This document shows positions 1 through 10,812 of a stretch of DNA of 64,000 nucleotides, in pieces. How positions within the stretch are numbered: the stretch's first letter is position 1; the number at the start of each line of letters is the position of its first letter. This DNA is from Antechinus flavipes (lineage: Eukaryota): assembly GCF_016432865.1 (NCBI RefSeq), contig NC_067398.1, positions 156,798,001 through 156,862,000 on the forward strand. The letters run 5' to 3'. The translations under genes were made by a program, and so were the position numbers. A model generated the notes under the pieces. That model was not told the origin of the DNA. It did no database searches and worked only from the letters and a program-made list of their open reading frames with translations.

Positions 1-54
1 TAAAGTTTATTGTTACCTTTTTCTGTCATCTTTTCTTATGACTAGAAATGTCTT

Positions 55-215
55 TAATTTCTTTGTCTGAAAATTGTCTGTTGATATCCTTTGACCATTT
101 ATAAATTGGAGAATGGTTTGCATTATAAATTTGAGTCAATTTTCTATGTATTTAGAAATGAGGCCTTTATTAGAACTCTTTGATGTAAAAATTTTTTCCT
201 AGTTAATAAGTAGCT
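55..215 (-). mobile_element. L1 ORF2 3' fragment
   Basis: tctgaaaattgtctgttgatatcctttgaccattt...gaaatgaggccttt resembles the reverse complement of marsupial L1 ORF2. Confidence 0.7.
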
Positions 216-834
216 TTTAACCAATTTTTTTAGTAGCTGTGCTTTACCTTCAGAAATAAAACTACAGCAAGGATTGATTGTTTGGTTTTTGATAAAGAAA
301 ACTGGTACTTGTAAGAAGTATCAGTGATGAGCTTAATTTTTTTCTTTGTTGTTTTAAAAGAAATGGAACCTAAATGTGAATTTATTAACAGAATAAACTT
401 TAAGTATATCTATCTACTTTGAAAATTATATTATCTTCTTAGGCATGAAGTCTTAACTTTTCTCAAGGGCTTAAAGTGTTATTTTCTTAGTGAATTACCT
501 TTCTTAGAGAAATCTGAAATATTAAGATGTTTATTTCTTTAAGTCTTTCATTTATTCTGGATTGGGGGGCGGGGGAAGAAGGGGAATTGGGAGCCTAAAA
601 TAACTTCCATTATCTGGTCCCTTAAGATTTGCAAAGCATTTTTCTCAAGATAATAAATCTTGGTAGTCTTAAAGTCTTAATAGATATAACCTTACAATTT
701 CTCATTAATTACTTATGTGGGTCATGACAATAAAGTGTTAACTAAAGTAAAGGAGAATATTAAACTTAATAGGAGATAAAAATAAATGTCTTCAGATACT
801 TAAATAGATATCCTAAAGAAGAATGAAATTTTTT

Positions 835-1230
835 TATTTAGTCATTCAACAAGTATTTTGTGTCAGGCATTTTGCTAGGTGTGAGGATTCAAAGAAAAAC
901 ATCAAAATAACTCTAGCCCTCAAGAAGGTAGCATTCTGTGGTGATTGGAAGCATATAACAATTACAAAAATAAGTTAATAAACATACAAAATAAACATAC
1001 AAAACGCAGCTGTTCTTCTATCTCCATGCATATGTACAGGTTGTTTTCTATATCTAGAATGTTCTTCCTTTTAGAATCTCAAACATCTTTCAGAGTTTAA
1101 TGGTAATGCTACCTCTCATATCTTCCAGCTGTTTTTCATTTCCATTTGTCAGTATTTCCTTCCCTGTTCTATGTTATTTTGTATGTGTAACATAATGCTT
1201 GAAATACTGTTTTAAATAGTAGGTGGTACC
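835..1230. mobile_element. L2 (LINE-2) fragments in both orientations
   Basis: cattcaacaagtatttt...tgtcaggcattttgctagg is the typical reversed L2 3' end; ctagaatgttcttcc...atgctacctctc resembles sense L2. Confidence 0.55.
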
Positions 1231-1669
1231 TATATTTGTCTTCTGTTAAGTCTAATATTTTGGGACTTAATAATGTTATTTTAACACCTTGACAATTGTG
1301 ATATGATCAGAACTAAGTATATTTGGATGATCATCTTGTTCACAAAAACTTCTTATTCTCTTTCAAGTAAGCTACTCCCTAACAGCTCTTCTTCTAGTTA
1401 TAAAGTCTGTTTATTTAATTTTAAAATCTATTAGTAATCCTTTCAGTTAAAGGATTAAAGTTAGTCTGACATTATTCGTTCATTTCACATTGAGATTGAA
1501 ACCATTTTGGGACAATCAGGTCTTCTTTTTGTCTTTACTCACTTATCATGTGATATCATTTCCTGTTAATCATGTTTTTTCAAATCATTTGCAGAGAAAA
1601 TAGGACCAAATAAAAATTAAGCTACTCTCTTCTCTCCCTTTTATTGGATAATACTTTTTTCATGTACTC

Positions 1670-3504
1670 CAAGAACACTGGGTGAGTGCAGAGCAGGGAC
1701 ACTGCTGGCTGTGGACTCTTGGAGGAGTTTGAAGCTCTTGGTGTAGGGTTCCTGGTCAGTGTAGAGAGCTGAAGGGAAGCTTGAGGCACCATTCTCCCTC
1801 TCCTCCCTCCCCTCCCCCCACTCTACAATTAGAAGTGCTGCTTATACTAATACCTCTTATTTAAAAAAAAACAAAAAAAAAAAAAACGAACTGGCAAAGA
1901 AGGAAACTCCACCATTGAAACATATAATGGAAACAGGAAGACCTGGATTTATTTTCAGAGGAGGATAATTTATTTAAAAAAAAAAAAAGCTTTTACTTAA
2001 AAGGTAATTTAAAACTGCTCCCTTCCCAGAGAGAATTGATAGAAAAACTCAAAAAAGAATTCAAAAATTAAATGAGAGACATTGAGGAAAAAGTAAAGAA
2101 AAAAATTAAAATTGTCCAAGAAAAACAAGAGTATAAAAATGTTAACCAATTAGAAAAAGAGACACAAAGTCTCAAAGATGAAAATAATGCTTTGAAAATT
2201 CTAATTGAGCAAGGGGAAGCCAGTGAAGCTTTGAGAAACCAAGACATAACAAAACAGATTATAAAGAGTAAGAAAATAGAACAGAATGTGAAACATCTCA
2301 TAACAACAGATTTGGAGAGCAGATCAAGAAGAGAAAATATAAGACTAATTGGACTAACAAAGTTGCGAACAAAAAGAGAACCTTGACACAATAATTCAGG
2401 AAATAATCCTAGAAAATTGTCCTGGAATGATAGAACACGAGGGGAAAAGTAGATATAGCAAAACATACACTAATATCACTACCTCAAAGAGAGCCTTTGT
2501 GGAAAAGTCATAGAAATATTATTGCCAAATTTTGAAACCCCGAGATCAAAGAGAAAATGTTTCAAGAAACAAGAAAAAAAATGCAAATATTCTGGCAGTA
2601 CAATTAGAATTGTACAAGACTTATCAGCAGCTATAATAAAAGGCTGCAGGTCCTGGAATACTATATAATGACAAGCAAAAAAACTAGGCCTCTGGCCAAA
2701 AATATCATATCCAGCAAAATTTTGAATGAGGAAAAAAAAGGGCCTTCAGTGGACTTGCAGATTTTGGACTTGCAGATTTTCAGGACTTTATATCAAATAA
2801 ATCCATATTTAACAGAAAATTTAACATATAAGAGCCAGTATGAAAGAACAGTTTTAAAGAACTCAACATGGACAAATTATTTATGTTTTTTTTTTTACAC
2901 ACAGGAAATGAATACTTTATGTTTGAGATTTATATGAACTATAGGGCAAACTCAAAGAAAGATTGGCAGAGTAAAGGTAAAAATTGTTATACAAATGATA
3001 TGCAGAGGAGGAATAGACAACAGAGGTATTAGAGGGGGAAGGAGGAGGACTTGTAGTTTCTGAAAATCTACTCACATTGGGAATGGGTTCAATGGGCCAC
3101 ACTACATATATACCTTGAAGGGTATAACACCCTCCAAAATCTATAAAGAAATAAGGAAGAAAGGATGAGTAGATGGGGAAGGAAAGGGTGAAGGAAGAAG
3201 GCAAGGGAGAGATCTATGGGTGGGGGGAGGTGAAGTAATAGTTAAGTTATGTAGCAGAATTTAATGAAAGAGTCAGCAGGGATAGGAAAGATGTGTGTGT
3301 GTGTGTGTAGGTGTGGGGGGTATAAGTATGTGTGTGTGTGTGTGTGTAATATAAATATATTCTTTTTTACTATAGCCTGCTTGAGGGTGGAGGGGATGAA
3401 AGGGGGAAAGGGAGAATAAAGTAAAAAATGTGTGCAGCAGAGAACAAAAGAACAATTTACAAGGAAGTAAAGAAAAGATGAACACTCATGAGTATAATTT
3501 CTTC

Positions 3505-3558
<54 letters not shown>

Positions 3559-3730
3559 TTCTTAAATTGACATTTGTTATATATTTTGAATCCTTCCTGA
3601 TGTTCTTCTGGGCACATCACAATGTTCTCTCTCTCTTTTTTTTTTTTTTTTTTTGTTTCACTTTGTTTTGTATTGTTTTTCTGTTTTTCTTATTATAAAT
3701 TTGGAAAAAAACAAACAAAAATAAAGTTAA
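1670..3730 (+). mobile_element. L1-ORF1-only (HAL1-like) retroelement, decayed
   Basis: ORF 2072..2386 ends DLESRSRRENIRLIGL (L1 ORF1p RRM entry). Frameshifted continuation reads RNIIAKF, IRIVQDLSAA, LWPKISYPAK to about 2740. It is followed by a purine/TG-rich tail and an A-rich end, with no ORF2 endonuclease. Confidence 0.75.
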
Positions 3731-3734
3731 ATGA

Positions 3735-4031
3735 GGTACAAGAGGAAACAGACAGTAAAATACCCCAAGACTTAAATGGATTCACAATTAAATTCTACCA
3801 AATATTTTTTAAAAAGTTAATTCCAATACAGTGTAGACTGTTTGAAAAAAAATAGGTAAAGGAATCCTACTAAAGCAAATCTGGTCTTGCTAGCCCGAAT
3901 AGAGAAAGAAATTTGTAGATCAATTTTCTTAATAAATATTGATACAAAAATTTTTAAGTAAGATATAAGCAAGATTATGTCATACAATATGATCAGGCTG
4001 AGATTATATTAAAGATTGCAAGGCTAGTTCT
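3735..4031 (+). mobile_element. Old L1 ORF2 (RT) fragment, left half
   Basis: DLNGFTIKFYQIF, LIPI, tcaattttcttaataaatattgatacaaaaa (ISLMNIDAK-like), tatgatcagg (YDQ), caaggctagttc (QGWF-like). Confidence 0.8.
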
Positions 4032-4457
4032 TGTAGAGGACTGCAGATATTGGGGAACTCTGGAGAAGTATACTTGAAGCAAAAATACTTACAGCAGGGT
4101 ATTAACTCAATGTGATTGATGAGATGATGATTCTCTAATTCATATATACTTAGTACTTAGTATGTCCTTAGTAGTACTTAGTAATAGTTCTCTAGTTCAC
4201 ACATACTGAGTATGCTGTAATGATGTAATCATACTGAGGTATTTAAGGACTGAGAGGACTGGAAATGAGACATTCCAATTTTGACCATCCTCTTGGTGGC
4301 TCTCCTGCCTCCTGCATTCCTCCACTAAGACCAAGACTGGTTCCAAGATCCTCCAGAGAGCTAGTCTGGACACTGTATTTTGGTACCCAACGTGGGGCTC
4401 TAGAAAGCATAGTATATTTTGTCGCCCCAATTTGGGGGCTTTAGAAAGCACACAACA
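4032..4457 (+). mobile_element. ERV LTR-like insertion (TG...CA) containing two tRNA-Lys PBS-like motifs
   Basis: Starts TGTAGAGG at 4032 and ends CACAACA at 4457; TATA-like ggtatttaagg; TGGTACCCAACGTGGGGC at 4381-4398 is 16/18 to the tRNA-Lys(CUU) PBS; interrupts L1 ORF2. Confidence 0.75.
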
Positions 4458-4885
4458 AATTATATATTATTAAAACTTTAAGCATAATTGACTATATTAG
4501 TAATAAAAAATAGCAAAAAATATGTGATTATTTCCAAAGATTGAGAAAAAAGTTTTTGACAAAATACAGTACCCATTTCTATTAAAATCATTAGAATGCA
4601 TAGCAAAAAAATCTATTTAAAAAATAATCATAAGTAATATCAATCTAATATAAATAGCAATCATTATCCGTAATGGGAAAAAACTAGAAGTCTTTCCATT
4701 AAGATCAGGGGTAATGCAAAGATGTTCATTATCACCATTGTTATGTGGTTACCTAGAAATGCCAGGTAATTTTACTAGAAATGTTAGGTAAAATGCACAA
4801 GCTGAGCAAAAGAAATGAAAAGAATAAACAAGGACAACAAGGAAAGAAAAGCATCTCTTTTTGCAGAGGATATGGTATAGGTATT
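4458..4885 (+). mobile_element. Old L1 ORF2 (RT) fragment, right half
   Basis: tttttgacaaaatacagtacccatttcta (FDKIQHPF-like), ttaagatcaggggtaatgcaaagatgttcattatcacc (RSGVKQGCPLSP-like), ctctttttgcagaggatatg (LFADDM-like). Confidence 0.8.
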
Positions 4886-4964
4886 ATTACCTTCCCAAGA
4901 ATCAATTAAAGATTAATCAAAACAATTAACATCTTTTAAGTATATGATATTTAGAGGGGGATGC

Positions 4965-5720
4965 CTGTCAGTTGGGGAATGACTGATCAAGTTGTATTAT
5001 GTGATTGTGTTTGAATACTATAGGGCTATAAGAAATGATTAACTTGATGATCTTAGAAAAACATGAAAAGACTTGCATGAAATAATAAAGAGCAAAATGA
5101 GTAAAATCAATAAAATACTCTCTGTATATAGTAGCAGAAATATTGTTTAAGAGCAACTTTGAGTAATAGTTATTTTGGTTATTATAAATATTCAAATTGA
5201 CTACAGAGAATATATATATATATATATGTTTATTTGTTTGTTTTTGCTGAGGCAATTGGTATTAAGTGACTTGCCCAGGGTCACACAGCTAGGAAGTGTT
5301 AAGTGTTAAGCTGTGAACTGAGGTCTCTCCTGAATTAGGCCTTGTACTCTATCCACTGCGCCACCTAGTAGAGACTATGTGAAAGAAGAGTATCTGCATC
5401 CATGGAAAGAACTGATAAATAGAAGTATGTATAGAATGATTTTACATATATCTGTACACACTCATATATATGTATATACATATACATATATACACATATA
5501 CACACACACACACATATATTGGTGTCTAACGGTAATCATCTCTGGGGGGAGGGAAAAAAAGGGAAAAAATTTACATTATAACTTTATTATATATTTAAAA
5601 GGAATAACAAATTGAACACAATAAATTTGTAATTTCATGTGAAATAATTTTTTATTATACTATGTCATGGAAATGCTTGTTTTATTCCATAGATTAAAAA
5701 ATAAAATAAATATTTAAAAA
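4965..5720 (+). mobile_element. Old L1 3' end with A-rich tail, interrupted by a SINE
   Basis: gttggggaatgactgatcaagttgtattatgtgattg...ctataagaaatgat, then gggagggaaaaaaa and aaaaataaaataaa at about 5700. Confidence 0.7.
5228..5369 (-). mobile_element. WSINE1-like CORE-SINE
   Basis: gctgaggcaattggtattaagtgacttgcccagggtcacacagctaggaagtgttaagtg...ctctatccactgcgccacctag. Confidence 0.85.
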
Positions 5721-5889
5721 TTTAAATGATGGTATTATTATTGTAAATATGTTGACTGCAAAAGTTGATTTGGAAACTATATTTAAATTAACTGTAGTAC
5801 TTATTAATATTATTATATAGTTGAGTCAATAATTATTATTTTCATTATTAATTTTAATATAGTTATTGTGTCAGCAGATAGATGCTTCT

Positions 5890-6215
5890 TGTTATCTCTT
5901 GGCATTGTCACCAACTCCCCCTATTCATGTCCTCCTCTCAACTTTTGTTATCCCTTGGCATTGTCACCAACTCCCTCTATTCATGTCCTCCTCTCAACTC
6001 GTTATCCCTTGGCATTGTCACCAACTCCCTCTATTCATGTCCTCCTTCTCTCAACTTTTGTTATCCCTTGGCATTGTCACCAACTCCCTCTATTCATGTT
6101 CTCCTTCTCTCAACTTTTGTTATCCCTTGGCATTGTCACCAACTCCCCCTATTTATGTCCTCCTCTCAACTCTTGTTATTCCTTAGCATTGTCACCAACT
6201 TATGTCCTCCTCCTC
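5890..6215. repeat. Minisatellite, 54-59 bp unit, 5 full copies plus 1 partial
   Basis: Unit gttatcccttggcattgtcaccaactccctctattcatgtcctc(ctt)ctctcaact(ttt) starts at 5890, 5947, 6001, 6060, 6119 and 6175. Confidence 0.95.
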
Positions 6216-6889
6216 TTAATTCTTTATTTGCTTATCTTTTACACAAAGCTCTTTTCTTGATATCTACCGTATTTATTACAGGACAGACTGTTGTTTCTTT
6301 TTTCAGATGCTTTTATCTTCAGAAAGAACCACATCTTTTGCTCATTTCTAATATGTTCCATGTTCTTTCTTTCCTTTCTCCCCTGTGCCACACATTCTTT
6401 TATCTTGCAGCTTCTTGACACATATTTGGATCTGCTTTTTCACATCCTCCCCTCCCCCCCTTTTTCCCATTGAAAGTCTTTTGGAAAAAAATCATTTTTC
6501 TTGGCCAGCACAGTCTTTACCTTGCCCTCCAGATTGCAGCTTGCAGCCAGAAGGCTCGGCAGGAACAATACCCAGTTTTTTTCTTCCTTCCCAGTCTCCT
6601 TTGCCCAGTCCTAATGAGGTATTAGATGTCTTCTTCTGACTGAACTGATTTTCTTTCCTATCTACTTCAGTCATCTTCTATCCCTTCCATAAACAAAGGT
6701 AACCCAAATTCTTTCTTCTCTTTGACCCTTGGGCCCAATTCTCCCATGCCAACAGTTATTGGTAGGGGACAAAGATGTTAACAGTCTTTAGACAATATCA
6801 GAATTCCCCAGCTACAAATTTCCTGGATTTTTACAACATTATGGTCTTGGGTTGCTCAGCTGTTGTTGTTTTTTTCCCCTCCCCATTTT

Positions 6890-7685
6890 AATCATTAAAT
6901 ACTTATTAAACATCTGCTGTGTCCTAGCTCTAGGGATTCAAGTACAAAAAATGAAACAGTCTCTTTTCTCAATAAACATATCTCCTAATTGAGGAGACAT
7001 TGGGTAAATATAAAAATATACAATATAAATAAGAAATTAATATAAATACATGAAAAATTGTTTGAAAAGAATGGTACTAATAGGAGGAGTTATGAAAGGG
7101 CTTATCCAGAAGACAGTTCTTAAGTTGCATCTTAAAGAAAACAAATGTCTCTGTGATGTAGAGATAAGGAGTGACTACCTTCTAGGCATATGGACCAATG
7201 CAAAGGCAAGGAGACATAGGAGATAGAGGGCTCCATGTGAGGAAAAGAGAAAGAAATTGTCAGTTTGGCTGGGCAGAGATGTATATGGGAGAGACTGGAG
7301 AGAAGATTAGGTTGTGTAGTGTATTAAAAGCTAAACAGAAGCTGTTATATCTTAGAGGTAATTGAAAATCACTGGAGTTTGTTAAGTAGGGGAATCAAAT
7401 GATCATTATGTCCTTTTAGAAAATTACTTTGGCAGTGATGTATAAGATGTGCTGGAATAGAGAGAGATGAGACCCAGAGAATCCCAAGTTTGTTGAATTG
7501 ATCAGTCAAGAATTGAGAAGGGCCTGGACTAAGGTGGTATCATATCCACAAATCTTTCTTCTCTTCTTGTTATGAACACTTTGAGGGTAGGGACTGTTTG
7601 AATTTTATTTTTGTATTCCTATCTCCTAGTACAAAGTTTGGCAAATAATAAGTGCTTAATAAAGACTTATTGACTAATTGCCTTG
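6890..7685. mobile_element. L2 fragments (minus to about 7550, plus-strand 3' end 7570-7685)
   Basis: tacttattaaacatctgctgtgtcc...gggattcaagtacaaaaaatgaaacagtc; tttgagggtagggactg...gtgcttaataaa...ttgactaattg. Confidence 0.65.
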
Positions 7686-8049
7686 TTTTAATAATTTTTT
7701 TCTTTTGCTTGAGTCCTTCTAACTTCTGTGCTTCTTCCTCCTCATTTTTCATTTTCTGAAGTTCCTCCAAATTTTATATCCCTTACATCAATCTTCAGCA
7801 TGTTCCTCATTTCTCAAACCTTCAAATTCTCCTTTACATATCTTCATCCTCCTTCAATCATGGTTTTTTACTCTTTTCTCCCAACAAAACTAAAAACATC
7901 AAGTTTTGCACTGACTTGAATTTTTTTCCTTACACATTAACATTAAGCTCCAACTATAATTATGTAAAATATAATGTACTTTCCTGTCCATTTTCATGCT
8001 TTCATTAAATTTTAAAGGAGCATTTTTCAAGATTAGGACTTATATGTAC

Positions 8050-8235
8050 TTATGTGGAAAGAGTACTGGATTTAGAATTATAGGAAATGGGTTCAAAGGT
8101 TTTTGCTACCTGTGAGATCTTGGGCTTGTCCCTTCTCTTCCCTGAATCTCAGTTTTCTTATCTGTAAAATGAGGACATTAGACTTAGTGGCTCCTGAATT
8201 CCCACTGAACTCTAGATATATGGTCCTATGATTTT
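8050..8235 (+). mobile_element. MIR-type CORE-SINE
   Basis: gtggaaagagtactggatttag...ctcagttttcttatctgtaaaatgagg. Confidence 0.75.
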
Positions 8236-8357
8236 GGATTAGTAATTTTCATCTTGTAGTTCTGTTCTTTTAGATTTACATAAGCATAAAGACCTCAGTT
8301 CAATTTAAAGCAGATTTTTAAAAGGAGTTATTAATGATATTTAACACTTTTTTTCAG

Positions 8358-8455
8358 GTCGTGATGGCAGTTGCTCAGCTATATTGGCACTTATCACCAA
8401 AATCTGAAGCTGGTATTATTTCTAAATCATTAGTACGTTTACTTCGTAGTAATAG
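8358..8455 (+). CDS. AP3B1: AP-3 complex subunit beta-1, internal coding exon (98 bp; likely exon 9)
   Basis: ttttcag|GTC...AATAG|gtaggt; translates [32 protein letters not shown](R), matching the AP3B1 adaptin N-terminal trunk as I know it. Confidence 0.97.
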
Positions 8456-8781
8456 GTAGGTCAGTCCTCCCTCCTCTTGATTTTTTTCCTGTTTCTTTAG
8501 AACTTGTATTTAAGAAATTATGTTTTGTCTTTAACTTTTTATGTTAATTTGCATTTGATTATTACAAAGAAGATTAATTTAGATATAATTTAATAATGAT
8601 AAAAGTTTATTTTAAAATGATGTCAGGTTTAGTGATAAATATTGATTTTTTTTTTCCTACCAGATAGAGCTTAAAAATCTAGCATTTCATATGATTTTTA
8701 AAAAACAAAAAAAGAATGTGGACAGTTTTGGTACATGGTTCTTGAAATTCCCCAAACCCCCTTACATTTAAAAAGTTTTAA

Positions 8782-9832
8782 TTATTTTTGTTTTTACATT
8801 GCATTCATTTCTAAATACACGTTTGCTTTCATCACTTATCCAGTGAGCCCTCCTTTGTTTTTTTTTTTTAAGAGTTTTTAAAAAGATTCAGTAAAAACAA
8901 CCATCTGTCATATCTCATAGCCTATGTACAATTTATGTCATAATTCCCATAAACTTTTCAGTGAAAGGAAGTACATTTTCTCTTCTCCATTGGCCAACTT
9001 GTTTATTATAAATATACAACATCCAATTTTATTCTGTTCTTTTTACTTATCTTATTCTAGTTATTGTGCATATTTTTTTCATGTTAAATATGTTAAAGTA
9101 TATGTTAAATACAATATATGTATACATATCCATACAGTTATTTTGCTGTACAAGAAGAATTGGACTTTGTAGTAATGTACAATTAACCTGTGAAGGAAAT
9201 AAAAAATGCAAGCGGACAAAAATAGAGGGATTTGGAATGCTATGTAATTGTTCACATTCATTTCCTAAAGTTCTTTCCCTGGGATGCATATTTTCTTGGC
9301 TCATCTTACTTATTCTTCATTACTTCAGTATTTCCATTTTTCTCTGCATTCTTCAGACATCAACTATTTTTTAACTGCACAACACTATTTTATCATAGTA
9401 ATATATCACCACTTATTTGTCTATTTGCCGATCTTTAGATTAAATTTGAAATCTTCTAATTTCAAATGTCAGTTAATGTCAGATTGACTTGGTTAATATT
9501 TTGAATTTAACTTTTTTTGTGGCAAATGGTAAAAAAATCTTTTTTTCTATTAAAGTTTGAGATTTTCTAAGAAGCTTTATGAATATTAAATATATTTTTT
9601 ATTTTCCTTACTTTTCTTATTTTTGTTTTTACATTGCATTCATTTCTAAATATACTTTTGCTTTCATCACTTATCCAGTGAGCTCTCCTTTTTTTTTTTT
9701 AAGAGTTTTTAAAAAGATTCAGTAAAAACAACCATTTGTCATATCTCATAGCCTATGTACAATTTATGTCATAATTCCTATAAACTTTTCAGTGAAAGTA
9801 CATTTTCTCTTCTCCATGAGCCAAACTTGTTT
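8782..9832 (+). repeat. Direct duplication of about 220 bp (8782-9004 and 9617-9832) in the intron after 8455
   Basis: Both copies read ttatttttgtttttacattgcattcatttctaaata...ccatctgtcatatctcatagcctatgtacaatttatgtc...aacttgttt; they differ by a handful of substitutions, poly-T length and a 4 bp indel. Confidence 0.95.
9075..9295 (-). mobile_element. L1 3' UTR fragment
   Basis: Reverse complement of the L1 3' UTR seen at 49290-49500 (gtacaattaacctgtgaagga, gcggacaaaaatagaggga). Confidence 0.85.
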
Positions 9833-9896
9833 CTTACTTTAATTAGTGTCAACTTATTAAAAAATATTCCTAGTAAAAATTTTATTTTATTTCTAG

Positions 9897-9951
9897 GGAG
9901 GTGCAGTACATTGTTCTACAGAATATAGCAACTATGTCAATTCAGAGAAAG
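9897..9951 (+). CDS. AP3B1: AP3B1 coding exon (55 bp; likely exon 10)
   Basis: tttctag|G GAG GTG...AAG|gtatgt; (R)EVQYIVLQNIATMSIQRK; phase fits the previous exon. Confidence 0.97.
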
Positions 9952-10034
9952 GTATGTATATCACTTACAATTTAGGAAAATGCCAAATGGATATGCCATT
10001 AATCTCCTCTTTTTTTTTTCCTTTAAAAAATTAG

Positions 10035-10106
10035 GGTATGTTTGAACCTTATTTGAAGAGTTTTTATGTTAGATCAACTGATCCAACTATGATTAAGACA
10101 CTGAAG
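10035..10106 (+). CDS. AP3B1: AP3B1 coding exon (72 bp; likely exon 11)
   Basis: attag|GGT ATG...AAG|gtaggc; GMFEPYLKSFYVRSTDPTMIKTLK. Confidence 0.97.
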
Positions 10107-10689
10107 GTAGGCATTTTTCAGTTTTATAGATGGTCTTCTAATGTTTGATTTATTAAAAAAATAAGATAAAACAGAAACAAAAAACATAAGTTTCTAAACA
10201 TTAGAGATTAGAATTCTAATGTAAGAGGTTTTACTGTAAAACTTTACACACACACACACATACACATACTCACACATATACATACAACCATGTTATATTC
10301 TAATCAATTTTTTCCTCATGCAACTTATATTTGTATGCTTCCTAGCAGTATCTAGGAACTGAAGGTAGACAAGGGAAAAGAGATATGAGAAACTATATTT
10401 CTTGTTGGTCAACACTAAGCCCTATTGGTGATTGCAGTAAATGTGAAGCAGGCATCTGTGATATTAATTATTATTTAGATTTTTTAGCCATCCCCCCCCC
10501 CAAAAAAAAAAAAAAAAAGATGATTGCCTTCTGAAATGTTTTTCTTATAACACTGTTTGGTAATTATACTACTTAGTAGTAACAATAACTCATTTATATA
10601 GTGTTTCCTCATTATAGCTAGTTGATTTGTATTATTTGTTCCCATTTTACACTTGATAAAACTGATTCTAGGAAATGACTTGAATATCT

Positions 10690-10812
10690 TTTTTTTTTTT
10701 TTTTAAATATGCAGAACATATGCATGGGTAATTTTTGCAACATTGTCCTTGCACTCACTTCTGTTCCAACTTTTCCCTTTCCTCCTTCCATCCCCTCCCC
10801 TAGATGGCAGGC
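10690..10812 (-). mobile_element. Severely 5'-truncated L1 insertion with poly-A tail and 16 bp TSD
   Basis: AATGACTTGAATATCT at 10674-10689 and 10813-10828 flanks poly-T plus the reversed L1 3' terminus. Confidence 0.92.

Noticed and set aside
2068-2466. 132 aa minus-strand ORF
   Set aside because: Antisense shadow of the A-rich L1 ORF1 sequence.
3242-3553. ORFs with CVCV/HTHT runs (also 30495..30782, 53387..53713)
   Set aside because: Translations of (TG)n/(CA)n microsatellites.
4381-4398. Possible tRNA gene fragment
   Set aside because: Only the 18 nt complement of a tRNA 3' end in an LTR context; this is a PBS, not a tRNA gene.
5866-6418. Three long overlapping + strand ORFs (106, 130, 178 aa)
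   Set aside because: Produced by the minisatellite; units are not all multiples of three and the peptides are repetitive, with no splice or codon support.
1-8357. Preceding AP3B1 exon (the one ending ...LLQSRNAA)
   Set aside because: Not found by reading; it presumably lies upstream of the window.
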